Source: Spirochaetota bacterium
GTDB taxonomy: Bacteria > Spirochaetota > UBA4802 > UBA5550
Assembly: GCA_963663865.1 (NCBI GenBank)
Contig: OY760686.1
Span: 1,696,001 to 1,760,000 of the forward strand
Reading direction: 5' to 3'
DNA: 64,000 nt
Within the stretch, counting starts at the first letter, position 1, and every line of letters starts with the position of its first letter. Made by a program: the position numbers and the translations under genes. This document shows, one piece after another, positions 8,790 to 18,567 of the stretch. The notes under the pieces were generated by a model. It was not told the origin of the DNA. It saw nothing but the letters and a program-made list of their open reading frames with translations, and ran no database searches.

Positions 8790-9902
8790 TCAGATACTCT
8801 TCGCCTGCTCCGCGAGAGATTGTGCGAGGTACTCAAAATCTTCGGGACTGTGATACGGCGAGACGGCGATTCTGACAGTTCCTTCGGGGAATGTTCCGAT
8901 GCGGCGGTGTGCCTCTGGCGAGCAGTGCAGGCCCATGCGTGTTTCAATGCCGTGGTCTCTGTAAAGCGAGTCAGCCAGGCGCGCGGGATCGGCGTCGTCT
9001 ATTCCGACCGAGAAGACCGGGCACTGTGCTGAGGGCTCATGGCTGCGGTAGAGCTTCATTCCGCTGATTTTGCCTATTTCGTCCATGAGGCCGTGAAAGT
9101 CAGCGTCAGAGTGTAGTGTTTCCGGACGGTTCTTCAGAGCGGCGTTAAGGCCGAAGATGCCCGCTATGTTGTGGGTCCCTGCCTCGAGTCTGTCTGGGAG
9201 GAAGCCGGGCATGATTATTTCGTCGGACATTGAGCCCGTGCCGCCTTCAATGAGAGGGAAGACATCTTCCAGATGCCTGCCGTAAAGGGCGCCGGTTCCT
9301 GTGGGGCCAAAAAGGCCCTTGTGCCCGGTGAAGGCGATGTAGTCCAGGTCTCCGGCCTGGAGCTTGCAGCTTCCTGCTGTCTGAGTAGCGTCCACGAGAA
9401 ATCGTGTGTCGGGGAACATCTCCTTAAGCTCATGGATCGGTTGAAGCACTCCGTTTACGTTGCTTCCGTGATTTATCACGAACAGGTCATCATCCCCCCC
9501 TGCATTAATAGAAGCGCATCTGTCAAGGTCAATGCGGCCGTCAGAAAAAGAAGGCAGAATGACTGTTTCAACCCCCGATGTTTTCTCGAGGGTGAAAAGC
9601 GGTCGGCGGACAGCGTTGTGTTCCATGGTGCTGATAAAGGCCCGTCGGAATTTAATGCCTTTCAGAACTGTATTGACCGCATGTGTCGCGTTAAATGTGA
9701 ATACGATATTGTCAGCTCCGGCGGTTATGAACTCAGCAAGCAGTTCGCGCGTTTCCTCGACAACCGAAGATGTCTCAACTGCTCTGGAATAGAAGCTCCT
9801 GCCGTAAGGGCCGCCCGTTTCGTTCAGATAACGGGTGACGGCTTCCGCGACCTGCGGAGGTTTAGGAAATGATGTAGCCGCGTTGTCGAAGTAGAGATTC
9901 AT
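8790..9902 (-). CDS. Class V PLP aminotransferase, cysteine desulfurase/selenocysteine lyase family
   Basis: [55 protein letters not shown]. Confidence 0.92.
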   Translation of the reverse strand: MNLYFDNAATSFPKPPQVAEAVTRYLNETGGPYGRSFYSRAVETSSVVEETRELLAEFITAGADNIVFTFNATHAVNTVLKGIKFRRAFISTMEHNAVRRPLFTLEKTSGVETVILPSFSDGRIDLDRCASINAGGDDDLFVINHGSNVNGVLQPIHELKEMFPDTRFLVDATQTAGSCKLQAGDLDYIAFTGHKGLFGPTGTGALYGRHLEDVFPLIEGGTGSMSDEIIMPGFLPDRLEAGTHNIAGIFGLNAALKNRPETLHSDADFHGLMDEIGKISGMKLYRSHEPSAQCPVFSVGIDDADPARLADSLYRDHGIETRMGLHCSPEAHRRIGTFPEGTVRIAVSPYHSPEDFEYLAQSLAEQAKSI

Positions 9903-10480
9903 GGTGTGACAAGCCTGTCCGCTGCTGCCAATTTTTCCATGATAGTGTACATGTTCGATATTTCTCCAACGGCAATCTCATCTGCTATACCGAAGAAGTT
10001 CACGCATGTTCCGCAGACTATTATTTTAACGCCCTTATCCTCAAGCTCTTTGAGGCTCTGCTCAACCGGCGAGTTGTTTGCCGCGAGCTTTACCCCTGTG
10101 TTGTAGAATATTATTGTATCAGGGAGGGGATTGAGCTCGCGTATTGTGTTCACAAAACCCTGAATGAGCAGCCTTCCGAGTTCATCGTTTCCGCGTCCCA
10201 TAGTGTCGGATGTGATAGATATGGTCATGTTCGCCGGGGTGATCTGGCAGCCGCATGTTTCTCCGGCCGTGAATGTCACGCTGAAAACACCGTTGTCGAA
10301 AGCTGTCTGAGGTGTAAGGCCGTTGTCTTTCAGAAAACGTTCAACGTTGTTTTTTGATATCTCATCGTTTATGAGAACCGTTATTGTCTCTCCATCCGCT
10401 GATTCGGAAAGGGCCCTCTTTGTCAGAATGAGCGGTTTAGGACATGCCATATCTCTCGCGTCAATTGTCTTGTTTCCCAT
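9899..10480 (-). CDS. yedF: Sulfurtransferase-like selenium metabolism protein YedF (TusA + DsrE-like domains)
   Basis: [50 protein letters not shown]. Confidence 0.9.
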   Translation of the reverse strand: MGNKTIDARDMACPKPLILTKRALSESADGETITVLINDEISKNNVERFLKDNGLTPQTAFDNGVFSVTFTAGETCGCQITPANMTISITSDTMGRGNDELGRLLIQGFVNTIRELNPLPDTIIFYNTGVKLAANNSPVEQSLKELEDKGVKIIVCGTCVNFFGIADEIAVGEISNMYTIMEKLAAADRLVTP

Positions 10481-10730
10481 TTATGCCCCCATAATTGTAT
10501 TGTACCATATTCTGATTATGCGGCGTTATTTGTAAAAGATATTTTGGGAATAATCACCGTTTATTTTTCATGCGGCTTCATTGAGGAATTTTTGAAATTA
10601 TACTGGATTTTCTCCAGAGGCGTGGATACTATTTAAGGCTGGTTTGAGGGCGGCATCGGAGTTTGCCGGTTCGTATTCGTTTCAGCGCAGCCGGATTGAG
10701 ACTATAAAATATATTGAAGGCGGAGGAAAA

Positions 10731-11777
10731 ATGACCTTAAACAGACGATTATATGGAACCGGGTTCATGAGCATTGTGTTTATTAGCGCGATTCTTTTTT
10801 CTTTTATGCAGGGCTGCGGCAGCTCTGATGAAGGCGAGGTTATCAAGCCTCCTGAAAATAACGGTGAAACTGGTGAAGACGACGATGATGATGTGCAGCA
10901 AAATCCCGACTCAACGGTAATAGATTATCGAAATACCGACGCTTCTATTATTCCGGATGAATATGTCGAAGCCGTAAAAAACAATCTTCACGTAGTGTAT
11001 CAGCACACGTCTCATGGAAGCCAGATTATTTCGGGGATGAACGCTCTCCGTGATTACGCGCCCTACAGCGGTCGTTACAGCTGGTCTGACGACGGGAGCA
11101 GCGGCCTTGATCTTGACGATTACGGAATCATGGCGGGCTATCATGATCTCAGTACCGAGGACTCCGAAGACGCCAATGGCGATACTCCATGGGCTATTGC
11201 AACCAGGGAGCTTCTCGACAATCCTGCGAACTACCACGTAAACGTCATCATGTGGTCCTGGTGCAGCATTCACGGTCATAACATTGAGCGCTATATCAGA
11301 AACATGGAGAAGCTGATCGCCGAGTACGGCGCCGGCGGGACGGGCCCGAGAGCGGCCGACCACCCTGTGGAGTTTGTCTTCATGACAGGACATACCCAGG
11401 GGGAGGGCGAGGACGGTTTTGTGGCTCAGGCTGCCGCTCAGATTCGCCAGCATTGCGTTGACAATGGCCGCTGGCTTATCGATTACTATTCGATAGAGTG
11501 CTTTGATCCGGATGGTAACTACTTCGGTGATCTGGATGTTGACGATGATCTGAGCTACTCCGGGGGCAACTGGGCAGAGCAGTATCTTGACAGACACCCC
11601 GGAAGTCTGCTTGAAGTGCTTGTTATGGGAGACGGAGAGTCATATTCGGGATGCCCCTCATGCGCTCACTCTGAAGAGGGTGAAGGCCAGCGGGAATCAA
11701 CTCTTAACTGTGTCCTCAAAGGACAGGCTGTCTGGCATCTGTTTGCCAGAATAGCGGGATTGCGCGGCAGTTTATAG
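10731..11777 (+). CDS. Lipoprotein, conserved hypothetical (possible hydrolase)
   Basis: RBS GGAGG before ATG 10731; lipobox MQG-C; acidic linker; HTSHGSQI, MWSWC and CAHS..LNC motifs. Confidence 0.75.
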   Translation: MTLNRRLYGTGFMSIVFISAILFSFMQGCGSSDEGEVIKPPENNGETGEDDDDDVQQNPDSTVIDYRNTDASIIPDEYVEAVKNNLHVVYQHTSHGSQIISGMNALRDYAPYSGRYSWSDDGSSGLDLDDYGIMAGYHDLSTEDSEDANGDTPWAIATRELLDNPANYHVNVIMWSWCSIHGHNIERYIRNMEKLIAEYGAGGTGPRAADHPVEFVFMTGHTQGEGEDGFVAQAAAQIRQHCVDNGRWLIDYYSIECFDPDGNYFGDLDVDDDLSYSGGNWAEQYLDRHPGSLLEVLVMGDGESYSGCPSCAHSEEGEGQRESTLNCVLKGQAVWHLFARIAGLRGSL

Positions 11778-11946
11778 AATCGAATCAATCAAACTGCATG
11801 TATATGTATTATTGCTTGACCGGATGCGGCATTGGTGGAAAAATGAGGCAGCAAAATCTATAAACCGCTTCGGGGTTCCGATTGCTTTTCCGGCATGAAT
11901 TGGACTTGCTGCCCGCGGTTTGATACTATTCTACGAGGAGAGAAAG

Positions 11947-12693
11947 ATGAAAAAAGCGCTGACTATCATTATCGCTCTTGCCGTAATCGCGCCTTCTGCG
12001 TGTAAAAAAGAAGAAAAAGCTGAACCGGCAAAAGCCGAGATTAAAAAATACGCGAAGTTTCGCGCCGCGGTTTACAAGGAGCCAGAGTTGAAGTCATGGC
12101 TGGCTACTCTGGAAAAGGCCGAGGACGTTTCAATAATTGCGGAAGAGAATGTTGCTGATTCAAAAGGCAAGATCAGCACAGTGGCCAAGGTCAAGCTCGC
12201 GGATGACTCACAGGGATACATCAACCCTTCATATTTAGCGGAGGCTCCGGTAGTTTTTGTTCAGGAAACAAAAGCCTTTGTTAGGCCGACGATTGGTAGC
12301 ACAATCCGCGCTACAATACCCGCCGCTGAACTCGGCTTTATTACCTCTGAAAAGGATGGATGGGCAAAGGTTTATGTGGGAGAGCTTCCCGGCGGCAAGA
12401 AGGTTTACTCGGACTGGGTCAATGGGGGATATTCCACCGATCCGAAGCTTATTCTGGAAGCCAAGCAGTATCACAACGCTGTCGAAAAGGCCGGGAAGGA
12501 TTCAACAAGGGCAGCCGCGCTCGAAACACTGAAGACGCTCTCTGAAGGCTCGTCTGTAATTGCCGTTATCGCAAAGGATAAGCTGGCAGAGATTGAAGCT
12601 GACAATGAAAAGGGTGAAGAGTCATCCGATTTTTCGGGTGAAGACCCGTCTGACAACAAATCAGAGAATAAACAGGAAGAAGCAGCAGAATAG
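11947..12693 (+). CDS. Spirochaete-type lipoprotein with SH3-like domains
   Basis: RBS GAGGAG; MKKALT..PSA-CKKEE lipobox; AKVKLADDSQGYI and KDGWAKV are SH3b-like; acidic tail. Confidence 0.75.
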   Translation: MKKALTIIIALAVIAPSACKKEEKAEPAKAEIKKYAKFRAAVYKEPELKSWLATLEKAEDVSIIAEENVADSKGKISTVAKVKLADDSQGYINPSYLAEAPVVFVQETKAFVRPTIGSTIRATIPAAELGFITSEKDGWAKVYVGELPGGKKVYSDWVNGGYSTDPKLILEAKQYHNAVEKAGKDSTRAAALETLKTLSEGSSVIAVIAKDKLAEIEADNEKGEESSDFSGEDPSDNKSENKQEEAAE

Positions 12694-12738
12694 TCTGGGG
12701 ATTTAATTTTGTTAGCCTTTAGCAGCAGGTTTAATAAC

Positions 12739-12772
12739 GATGGATTGCCCGTAAAGGCAATCCATCATATTT
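12739..12772 (+). terminator. Hairpin, probable terminator
   Basis: GATGGATTGCC-CGTAAA-GGCAATCCATC followed by ATATTT. Confidence 0.5.
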
Positions 12773-12792
12773 TATAAGCAGGTATTTTCAGC

Positions 12793-13602
12793 ATGAAAGA
12801 GATTAACATAGATATGCTCATCGCAGATCTTAACAGAGTCAGGGATACAGGCCCGCTGGTTCACAATATCACGAACTATGTCGTAATGAACAATACTGCA
12901 AACGCGCTTCTTGCTATAGGAGCCTCACCGGTAATGGCCCATTCCGTTGATGAGGTCGAAGACATGGTTTCGATTGCCGGTTCGCTGGTGATAAATATCG
13001 GGACTCTTGAAAAGAGGTGGGTCAGAGCCATGATTATGGCCGGTAAAAAAGCACGCAAAAGAGGTATTCCTGTTATCCTAGATCCTGTCGGTTCAGGGGC
13101 TACACCATATCGAACCGAGGCCTCACTCAGGATAATAGCTGAATGCAGACCTTCGATTATAAGAGGAAACGCCTCGGAAATTGCCTCTCTGCTTGACAGC
13201 GATGTTTCATCAAAAGGGGTTGATAGCAGCATGTCCTCAGCCGATGTTCTTGCCCCCGCACGGGAGCTTTCGATTAAGACCGGAGCGGTAGTATCAGTCA
13301 GCGGGGCTGAGGATTACATTACAGACGGCAGTGAATGCTTCATTGTCAGGAACGGAAGCCCGTTGATGACCAGAGTCACGGGGCTTGGCTGTACCGCTTC
13401 AGCCGTCACAGGGGCCTTTGCGGCGGTCAATCCTGATACTTTATCGGCGGCTGCCGGAGCAATGTCGCTTATGGGCATTGCAGGAGAAAGGGCATCGCTG
13501 CGTTCCGAAGGCACTGGAAGCATGCAGGTTAACTTTCTCGATGAGCTGAGTCTACTCAACGCTGAGCGAATTGCTGAAACGCTGCGGACGTCAAATGCGT
13601 AG
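12793..13602 (+). CDS. thiM: Hydroxyethylthiazole kinase
   Basis: PLVHNITNYVVMNNTANALLAIGASPVMA, INIGTL, LDPVG, IRGNASEI, VTGLGC. Confidence 0.96.
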   Translation: MKEINIDMLIADLNRVRDTGPLVHNITNYVVMNNTANALLAIGASPVMAHSVDEVEDMVSIAGSLVINIGTLEKRWVRAMIMAGKKARKRGIPVILDPVGSGATPYRTEASLRIIAECRPSIIRGNASEIASLLDSDVSSKGVDSSMSSADVLAPARELSIKTGAVVSVSGAEDYITDGSECFIVRNGSPLMTRVTGLGCTASAVTGAFAAVNPDTLSAAAGAMSLMGIAGERASLRSEGTGSMQVNFLDELSLLNAERIAETLRTSNA

Positions 13603-14227
13603 CTTTGACCTGTCACTCTATCTTGTTACTGACACCGGACTTTCTATGGGTCGAACGACTCAATATGTTGTCGAACAGGCCGTAAGGGGCGGCGTGACGA
13701 TGGTTCAGCTCCGTGAAAAGGACATGGCATCAAGGCAGTTTATCGATCTGGCTGTTTCGGTGAAGGGTATTCTTGAAGGCAGCGGGGTTCCTCTAATAAT
13801 AAATGACAGGGTTGATGTCGCCCTCGCGTCAGGCGCCGACGGCGTTCATCTCGGACAGAGCGACATGCGCTGTGAAGACGCAAGGAGACTGCTCGGCTCC
13901 GGCAGCATAATCGGATTGTCGGTCGAGAGCAGGGAGCAGGCTCTCGAGCCTGACGTCCGGTTCGCGGATTACCTCGCCGTTTCCCCGGTATTCGGCACCC
14001 CCACAAAGACCGATACGGCGCCGCCTGCTGGCCTGGAGGGCCTGAGTTTGATAGCCTCATGCACGGACAAGCCTGTCGCGGCAATCGGCGGTATAAACGC
14101 GGGCAACATCTCAGATGTGATAAGGGCCGGGGCGGCGGGCGCGGCTGTGGTTTCAGCGATAGTATCGTCGGGGGATGTGGCCTCATCAGCCTCTGAGCTT
14201 TTAGAGTCCGTCAGGCGGGCCCGTTAG
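13595..14227 (+). CDS. thiE: Thiamine phosphate synthase
   Basis: LYLVTD, VQLREK, IINDRVDVA, GVHLGQSD, TPTK, AIGGIN; start reassigned to MRSFD. Confidence 0.96.
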   Translation: MRSFDLSLYLVTDTGLSMGRTTQYVVEQAVRGGVTMVQLREKDMASRQFIDLAVSVKGILEGSGVPLIINDRVDVALASGADGVHLGQSDMRCEDARRLLGSGSIIGLSVESREQALEPDVRFADYLAVSPVFGTPTKTDTAPPAGLEGLSLIASCTDKPVAAIGGINAGNISDVIRAGAAGAAVVSAIVSSGDVASSASELLESVRRAR

Positions 14228-15368
14228 AGTGTGCTTTTACCAGCTTTGTAACTGTTTCGATGTGATATGTGAAAGGGAAGGCGTCAACAAAGCTCATTTT
14301 CTCAATTGAGTAACCTGCTGCAATGAAATCAGCCGCGTCTCTCGAAAATGTAGCAGGATTGCATGACACATAGACTATTGTTTCAGGGGCGCATCCGGTA
14401 ACGGCGCCGCGTGTCTTTCTGTCAAGGCCTGTACGCGGAGGATCGACTACTACAGCTGAATACCGGCCTTTGCGCGCGCTTAAACCCGCGGCGTCTCCGG
14501 AAATAAACGCTATGTTTTCCGCGCTGTTCAGCAAGGCGTTTTTTTTGGCAGACTCAATGTTCTTTCTGTCAATATCGATTCCCGTACCTCCGCTGAATAT
14601 GCCGGAGAGCGGAATGGTGAAAAATCCGGTACCGCAGGCAATATCAATAAATTCACCTCCGGCATCAGGGGTGATATAATCCAGAACAAGTTCAATCATC
14701 TTTCCGCGAAGAAAGCGGTTTGCCTGGAAGAAGTTGTCGATGCCGCGTTCGTACCTGAATCCGGCTGCTTCTTCTGATATGAGTTTTCTCTCGTCCATCG
14801 AGGTTATTACTGTGCCATTTTTGTCGACAGCCGCCCGGAATTCAGGAGCCGCGGTACTGAGGCCGGATAATGCTTTATTGATCTCCGGATGCATAAGCAT
14901 ACAGCCTTCTGGTGGAAGGGCGACGATCTCGTTCGAAGATTTTATTCTGAATCCCGATTTTCCTCCGCTGAAGGTGAACCTGCCATGGCTCCTGTACCCA
15001 GCGCGTTCAGCTGAATGAATATCGATTTGAGGAATGCTGTCAGCGTCAATTCCGGATATCCGCTTCAGGGAGTTCATTATAATATCTGCTTTGAGTTCAA
15101 GCTCCGCGCTGTAGGACATGTGCTGGTACGAGCAGCCGCCGCAGCTGCCGTAAACTGGGCATTCGGGCTTAATGCGATCAGGAGAAGGTTCAATCACTGT
15201 CTTTACGTCGGCGAAGAAGTAATCCTTTTTTCTCAGAGTGATTTTCGCGTCAACTGATTCACCGGGGATGCAGCTGTTTACAAACACGACGCGGCCTTCA
15301 TGGTAACCGATACAGTTCCCGCCGTAGGCGGGCTTTTCGATCCGAAGTCCGCGTAATATATCTTTCAA
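14211..15368 (-). CDS. RNA (uracil-5)-methyltransferase, RlmD/TrmA family
   Basis: TRAM domain, CPVYGSCGGCSYQH Fe-S motif, FFQAN, DIACGTG, VDPPRTG, YVSCNPATF, FPFTYHIE. Confidence 0.9.
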   Translation of the reverse strand: MKDILRGLRIEKPAYGGNCIGYHEGRVVFVNSCIPGESVDAKITLRKKDYFFADVKTVIEPSPDRIKPECPVYGSCGGCSYQHMSYSAELELKADIIMNSLKRISGIDADSIPQIDIHSAERAGYRSHGRFTFSGGKSGFRIKSSNEIVALPPEGCMLMHPEINKALSGLSTAAPEFRAAVDKNGTVITSMDERKLISEEAAGFRYERGIDNFFQANRFLRGKMIELVLDYITPDAGGEFIDIACGTGFFTIPLSGIFSGGTGIDIDRKNIESAKKNALLNSAENIAFISGDAAGLSARKGRYSAVVVDPPRTGLDRKTRGAVTGCAPETIVYVSCNPATFSRDAADFIAAGYSIEKMSFVDAFPFTYHIETVTKLVKAHSNGPA

Positions 15369-15380
15369 GAGTGATTGCCT

Positions 15381-17495
15381 CTACACTGTTTCGAAGTCAA
15401 TGCGCATCATTACCGGGTCTACCTCGGAGAGCCTGAGGCGGACAGTATCTCCAAGCCTGTATCTTCTTCCTGATTTTCTTCCTACAATTGTAAAATCATC
15501 CTCGTTCACAAGGTAGTAGTCATCCGTCAGATTTTTAAGAGGCACCATGCCTTCAATCGGCATGTCGTGAAGGGTAATAAACATGCCGTATTTGCCGATT
15601 CCGCTGACAGTGGCGTTGTACTCATTCCCGATATTATCCTTCATTAGACGGCAGCTTTTCAGCTTCACCATGTCTCTTTCTGCCTTTTGCGCGATACGTT
15701 CCATTTCCGAGCTCTTCTCGCCAATAACAGAAAGCTCTTCGGATGTATATGGCGGCTTAGCCCTGTCGATAATGCTTTTTAAGCAGCGGTGCACGATCAG
15801 GTCCGGATATCTTCTTATCGGCGATGTGAAGTGAGTGTAGTCCCTGAATCCAAGCCCGAAATGTCCGGCGGGCGTTGTTCCGTAAAATGCCTGCATCAGC
15901 GATTTAAGTACAACGAGGTTTACTACCTGTTCGTTCTCGCGCCCGGAGACGTCATGAAGCACCTTTTGTACAGCCATGCCGGTATCCTCCCCTTTGCCGG
16001 GCTTGAGGCCGTAAACTTTGAGGAAGGTTTTAAGTGCCGCGAATTTCTCGGGGCTCATCTCCTCGTGAATGCGGTAGAGAGAAGGGATTCCGGTTTCCTT
16101 TATGAATTTAGATACGGCTTCGTTAGCTGAGAGCATGAACTCTTCGATAAGGCGGTGGCTTGTGAGCCTCTCAGCGTATCGGATTGACTTGACCCTTCCG
16201 TTATCGTAATCAAGAACGGCATCTTTAAGAGCAAGGTCGAGTCTGCCTGTTTTAAGCCTTGAGGCGAATAGCATTTCGGCAAGCCTGTTCATTGTCCGCA
16301 GGGAGCGAGCCGTATGGGTTATCTTTTTTGACGCAATCAGCTCATGGGCCTGTTCATAGGTGAGCCTTTTGTTTACCCGGATAATCCCCCGGTGGAATTC
16401 TGAAAAGACCGGCTTGGCATCTGTGTCAAATGTAATCTCTGCTGTGAGACAGAGCCTGTCAACGCCGTGCCTTAGAGAGCAAAGGTCGTTTGAAAGTGTC
16501 TCGGGCAGCATTGGAATAACGTTGTTGCCTATGTAGTAGCTTGTGCCCCGGCTGAAGGCCTCCGAGTCAAGCTCGCCTCCCGGAGTTACATAAGAGGATA
16601 CGTCGGCGATATGAACGTAGAGGGTCAGGCCCTTATCGGTTTTTTCGAGTGAAACAGCGTCGTCGAAATCCTTCGCGTCTGCTCCGTCAATGGTGACAGT
16701 GAAGAACTTCCTGTAGTCTTTGCGCGGCGAGCCTTTATCATTCGGGAGATTTTTTTGAGACAGCTCGCTGTATTGGCCGTGCGGCCCTGGCAGTGAATGC
16801 CTGCAGCATATTCTCTTGAAGTCGCCAGATTCATCATTCTGATGATAGCTGTCGATGGGGACACAGACCTCCCTTCCGGAAATAGACTTTCCTGTCAATT
16901 GCATGGTGTAGAACATGTACTTGTCGCGGTAACGGTTTTCGTCGCCGGCAAGGCGCTTTCTTTCGACGCATAACTCGGGCCCGGAGGGACTGTCAGCTCT
17001 CGTGTAGATGAATAGGCCCTGTGATGTTCTGCTGTAGCGGGCTGTGAGCTCGTGGTTTTTACGGTTTGTTATGGATGATATTTTCCCGTAAAGTGTTCCA
17101 CGGCGAATATCGTACAGCGTGAAAAGCACTGTGTCGCCTGTGGCAGCTCCGCCGGCATCTTCTCTGCGAATCTCTATCTCAGGAAGTCCGCGCGAGACCA
17201 CTATTCCGCCACCTTTTCGCGATACGAAACGGCCCTCGGCCTGGAGTGAGTTCTTTACAGAATACCTGCCGGCTTTCGCGTTTACAAGCTCCCATGATTT
17301 AAGCTCTCTGAGCACTGAATCAATTACAGAGAGGTCCTTTGCAGAGGCAGACGGGGATTTCTTTTGAGATTTCTTGCTGTGCTTTTTTAGCTCTGTCCCT
17401 TTTTTTTCTATGTGAATGTTTATAAGGTCTTTTCTGGTGAATGAACCGCCGGAGGCGATTATGCTGCGGATTACAGCTTTAGAGGATAGGGCCAT
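15381..17495 (-). CDS. rnr: Ribonuclease R (RNB domain + S1)
   Basis: TIDGADAKDFDDA, HIADVS, LIEEFML, HFTSPIRRYPDL, C-terminal S1 domain; start uncertain (MALSSK chosen). Confidence 0.92.
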   Translation of the reverse strand: MALSSKAVIRSIIASGGSFTRKDLINIHIEKKGTELKKHSKKSQKKSPSASAKDLSVIDSVLRELKSWELVNAKAGRYSVKNSLQAEGRFVSRKGGGIVVSRGLPEIEIRREDAGGAATGDTVLFTLYDIRRGTLYGKISSITNRKNHELTARYSRTSQGLFIYTRADSPSGPELCVERKRLAGDENRYRDKYMFYTMQLTGKSISGREVCVPIDSYHQNDESGDFKRICCRHSLPGPHGQYSELSQKNLPNDKGSPRKDYRKFFTVTIDGADAKDFDDAVSLEKTDKGLTLYVHIADVSSYVTPGGELDSEAFSRGTSYYIGNNVIPMLPETLSNDLCSLRHGVDRLCLTAEITFDTDAKPVFSEFHRGIIRVNKRLTYEQAHELIASKKITHTARSLRTMNRLAEMLFASRLKTGRLDLALKDAVLDYDNGRVKSIRYAERLTSHRLIEEFMLSANEAVSKFIKETGIPSLYRIHEEMSPEKFAALKTFLKVYGLKPGKGEDTGMAVQKVLHDVSGRENEQVVNLVVLKSLMQAFYGTTPAGHFGLGFRDYTHFTSPIRRYPDLIVHRCLKSIIDRAKPPYTSEELSVIGEKSSEMERIAQKAERDMVKLKSCRLMKDNIGNEYNATVSGIGKYGMFITLHDMPIEGMVPLKNLTDDYYLVNEDDFTIVGRKSGRRYRLGDTVRLRLSEVDPVMMRIDFETV

Positions 17496-17619
17496 CAAGT
17501 TTTCCGTTATGTAGAGTTTAGCTATGCAGCTGTTTGACAGCATACCTCTTAACGGGGGTATGTCAATCAAATAAAGGCATTGTTCTTGACAGTGAGTTCA
17601 TGTCGAGTTTATTCAAGGC

Positions 17620-18342
17620 GTGGAAACGGGATTAAAAATCAGCTTAAACAGCCTCTATGACACACTTGTTCGTGAATACGGCCCTTGCGGGTGGTGGCCT
17701 CTAACCGATAAATCTGACGGGTCCTCTGTTTACAGCGGAAGGGTTCCCTGTGATGAGGACGAGCTTTTCGAAATTGCACTCGGAGCCATATTGACCCAGA
17801 ATGTCGCCTGGATAAATGTTGAAAAAGTCCTCTCGGAGCTGGTACGCCGCGGGGCTTTGAGTTCGAAGGGTATCTCCGCCACTCCTGCGGATGAACTCAG
17901 AATGATAATACGGCCGGCAGGATACTACAATCAGAAAACAGCACGCATTTGCGGTTTCATCTCCTGGCTCAATAAAATGGGGGGGATGAAGTCCCTTGCT
18001 GAATACGATACACCCGGCTTGAGATCGCTTCTGCTCAGCGTTAAGGGGATAGGCCCTGAAACAGCCGATTCAATAATTCTGTACGCCTATTCGAGAAAGG
18101 TCTTCGTTGTGGACGCCTACACACGGAGGATATTACGGCGGACGGGTATATTCAACTCCAGCTCTGATTACGAGGGGCTCAGAGCCTTTATTGAGAAGTC
18201 ATTCAGAGGCAGCGTAGACGATTACAGGGAGTACCACGCTCTGATTGTTGAACACTCCAAGCGATTCTGCCGAAAAACTCCCGACTGTGAGGGCTGTTTT
18301 CTCGGCGGAATTTGTCCCGGCAGTAAGGGCGAATCACTGTGA
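17620..18342 (+). CDS. Endonuclease III-related HhH-GPD DNA glycosylase
   Basis: GAILTQN..W, IRPAGYYNQK, KGIGPETADSI, VVDAYT, C-terminal C-x6-C-x2-C-x5-C Fe-S motif. Confidence 0.9.
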   Translation: METGLKISLNSLYDTLVREYGPCGWWPLTDKSDGSSVYSGRVPCDEDELFEIALGAILTQNVAWINVEKVLSELVRRGALSSKGISATPADELRMIIRPAGYYNQKTARICGFISWLNKMGGMKSLAEYDTPGLRSLLLSVKGIGPETADSIILYAYSRKVFVVDAYTRRILRRTGIFNSSSDYEGLRAFIEKSFRGSVDDYREYHALIVEHSKRFCRKTPDCEGCFLGGICPGSKGESL

Positions 18343-18567
18343 CCTTCATTTTCGATCCTGATATAATTATTACGGCCCGCCTGAAAGATTCTTATTGACA
18401 TGGAGCAGTTTCTGTGTAACTTATTCGAGTTATTTAAGTCTTATTATTTGACTCAGCGGGACGCGCTCTTCTGTGTCCGCATATCCCGTCTAAAAGAATA
18501 ACAAACCTGAATTTTAAAGAGGCAGCTGCGCGCTGTCACTATACCTATTTATCAACGGAGAAATGAG

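Noticed and set aside
10911-11597. Long antisense or alternative-frame ORFs (e.g. 10911-11597, 9273-9872, 27794-28387, 31209-31775, 37572-38249)
   Set aside because: They shadow well-supported genes on the opposite strand and have no recognisable motifs.
12694-12792. TPP riboswitch upstream of thiM
   Set aside because: The conserved CUGAGA core is absent; only a terminator-like hairpin is present.
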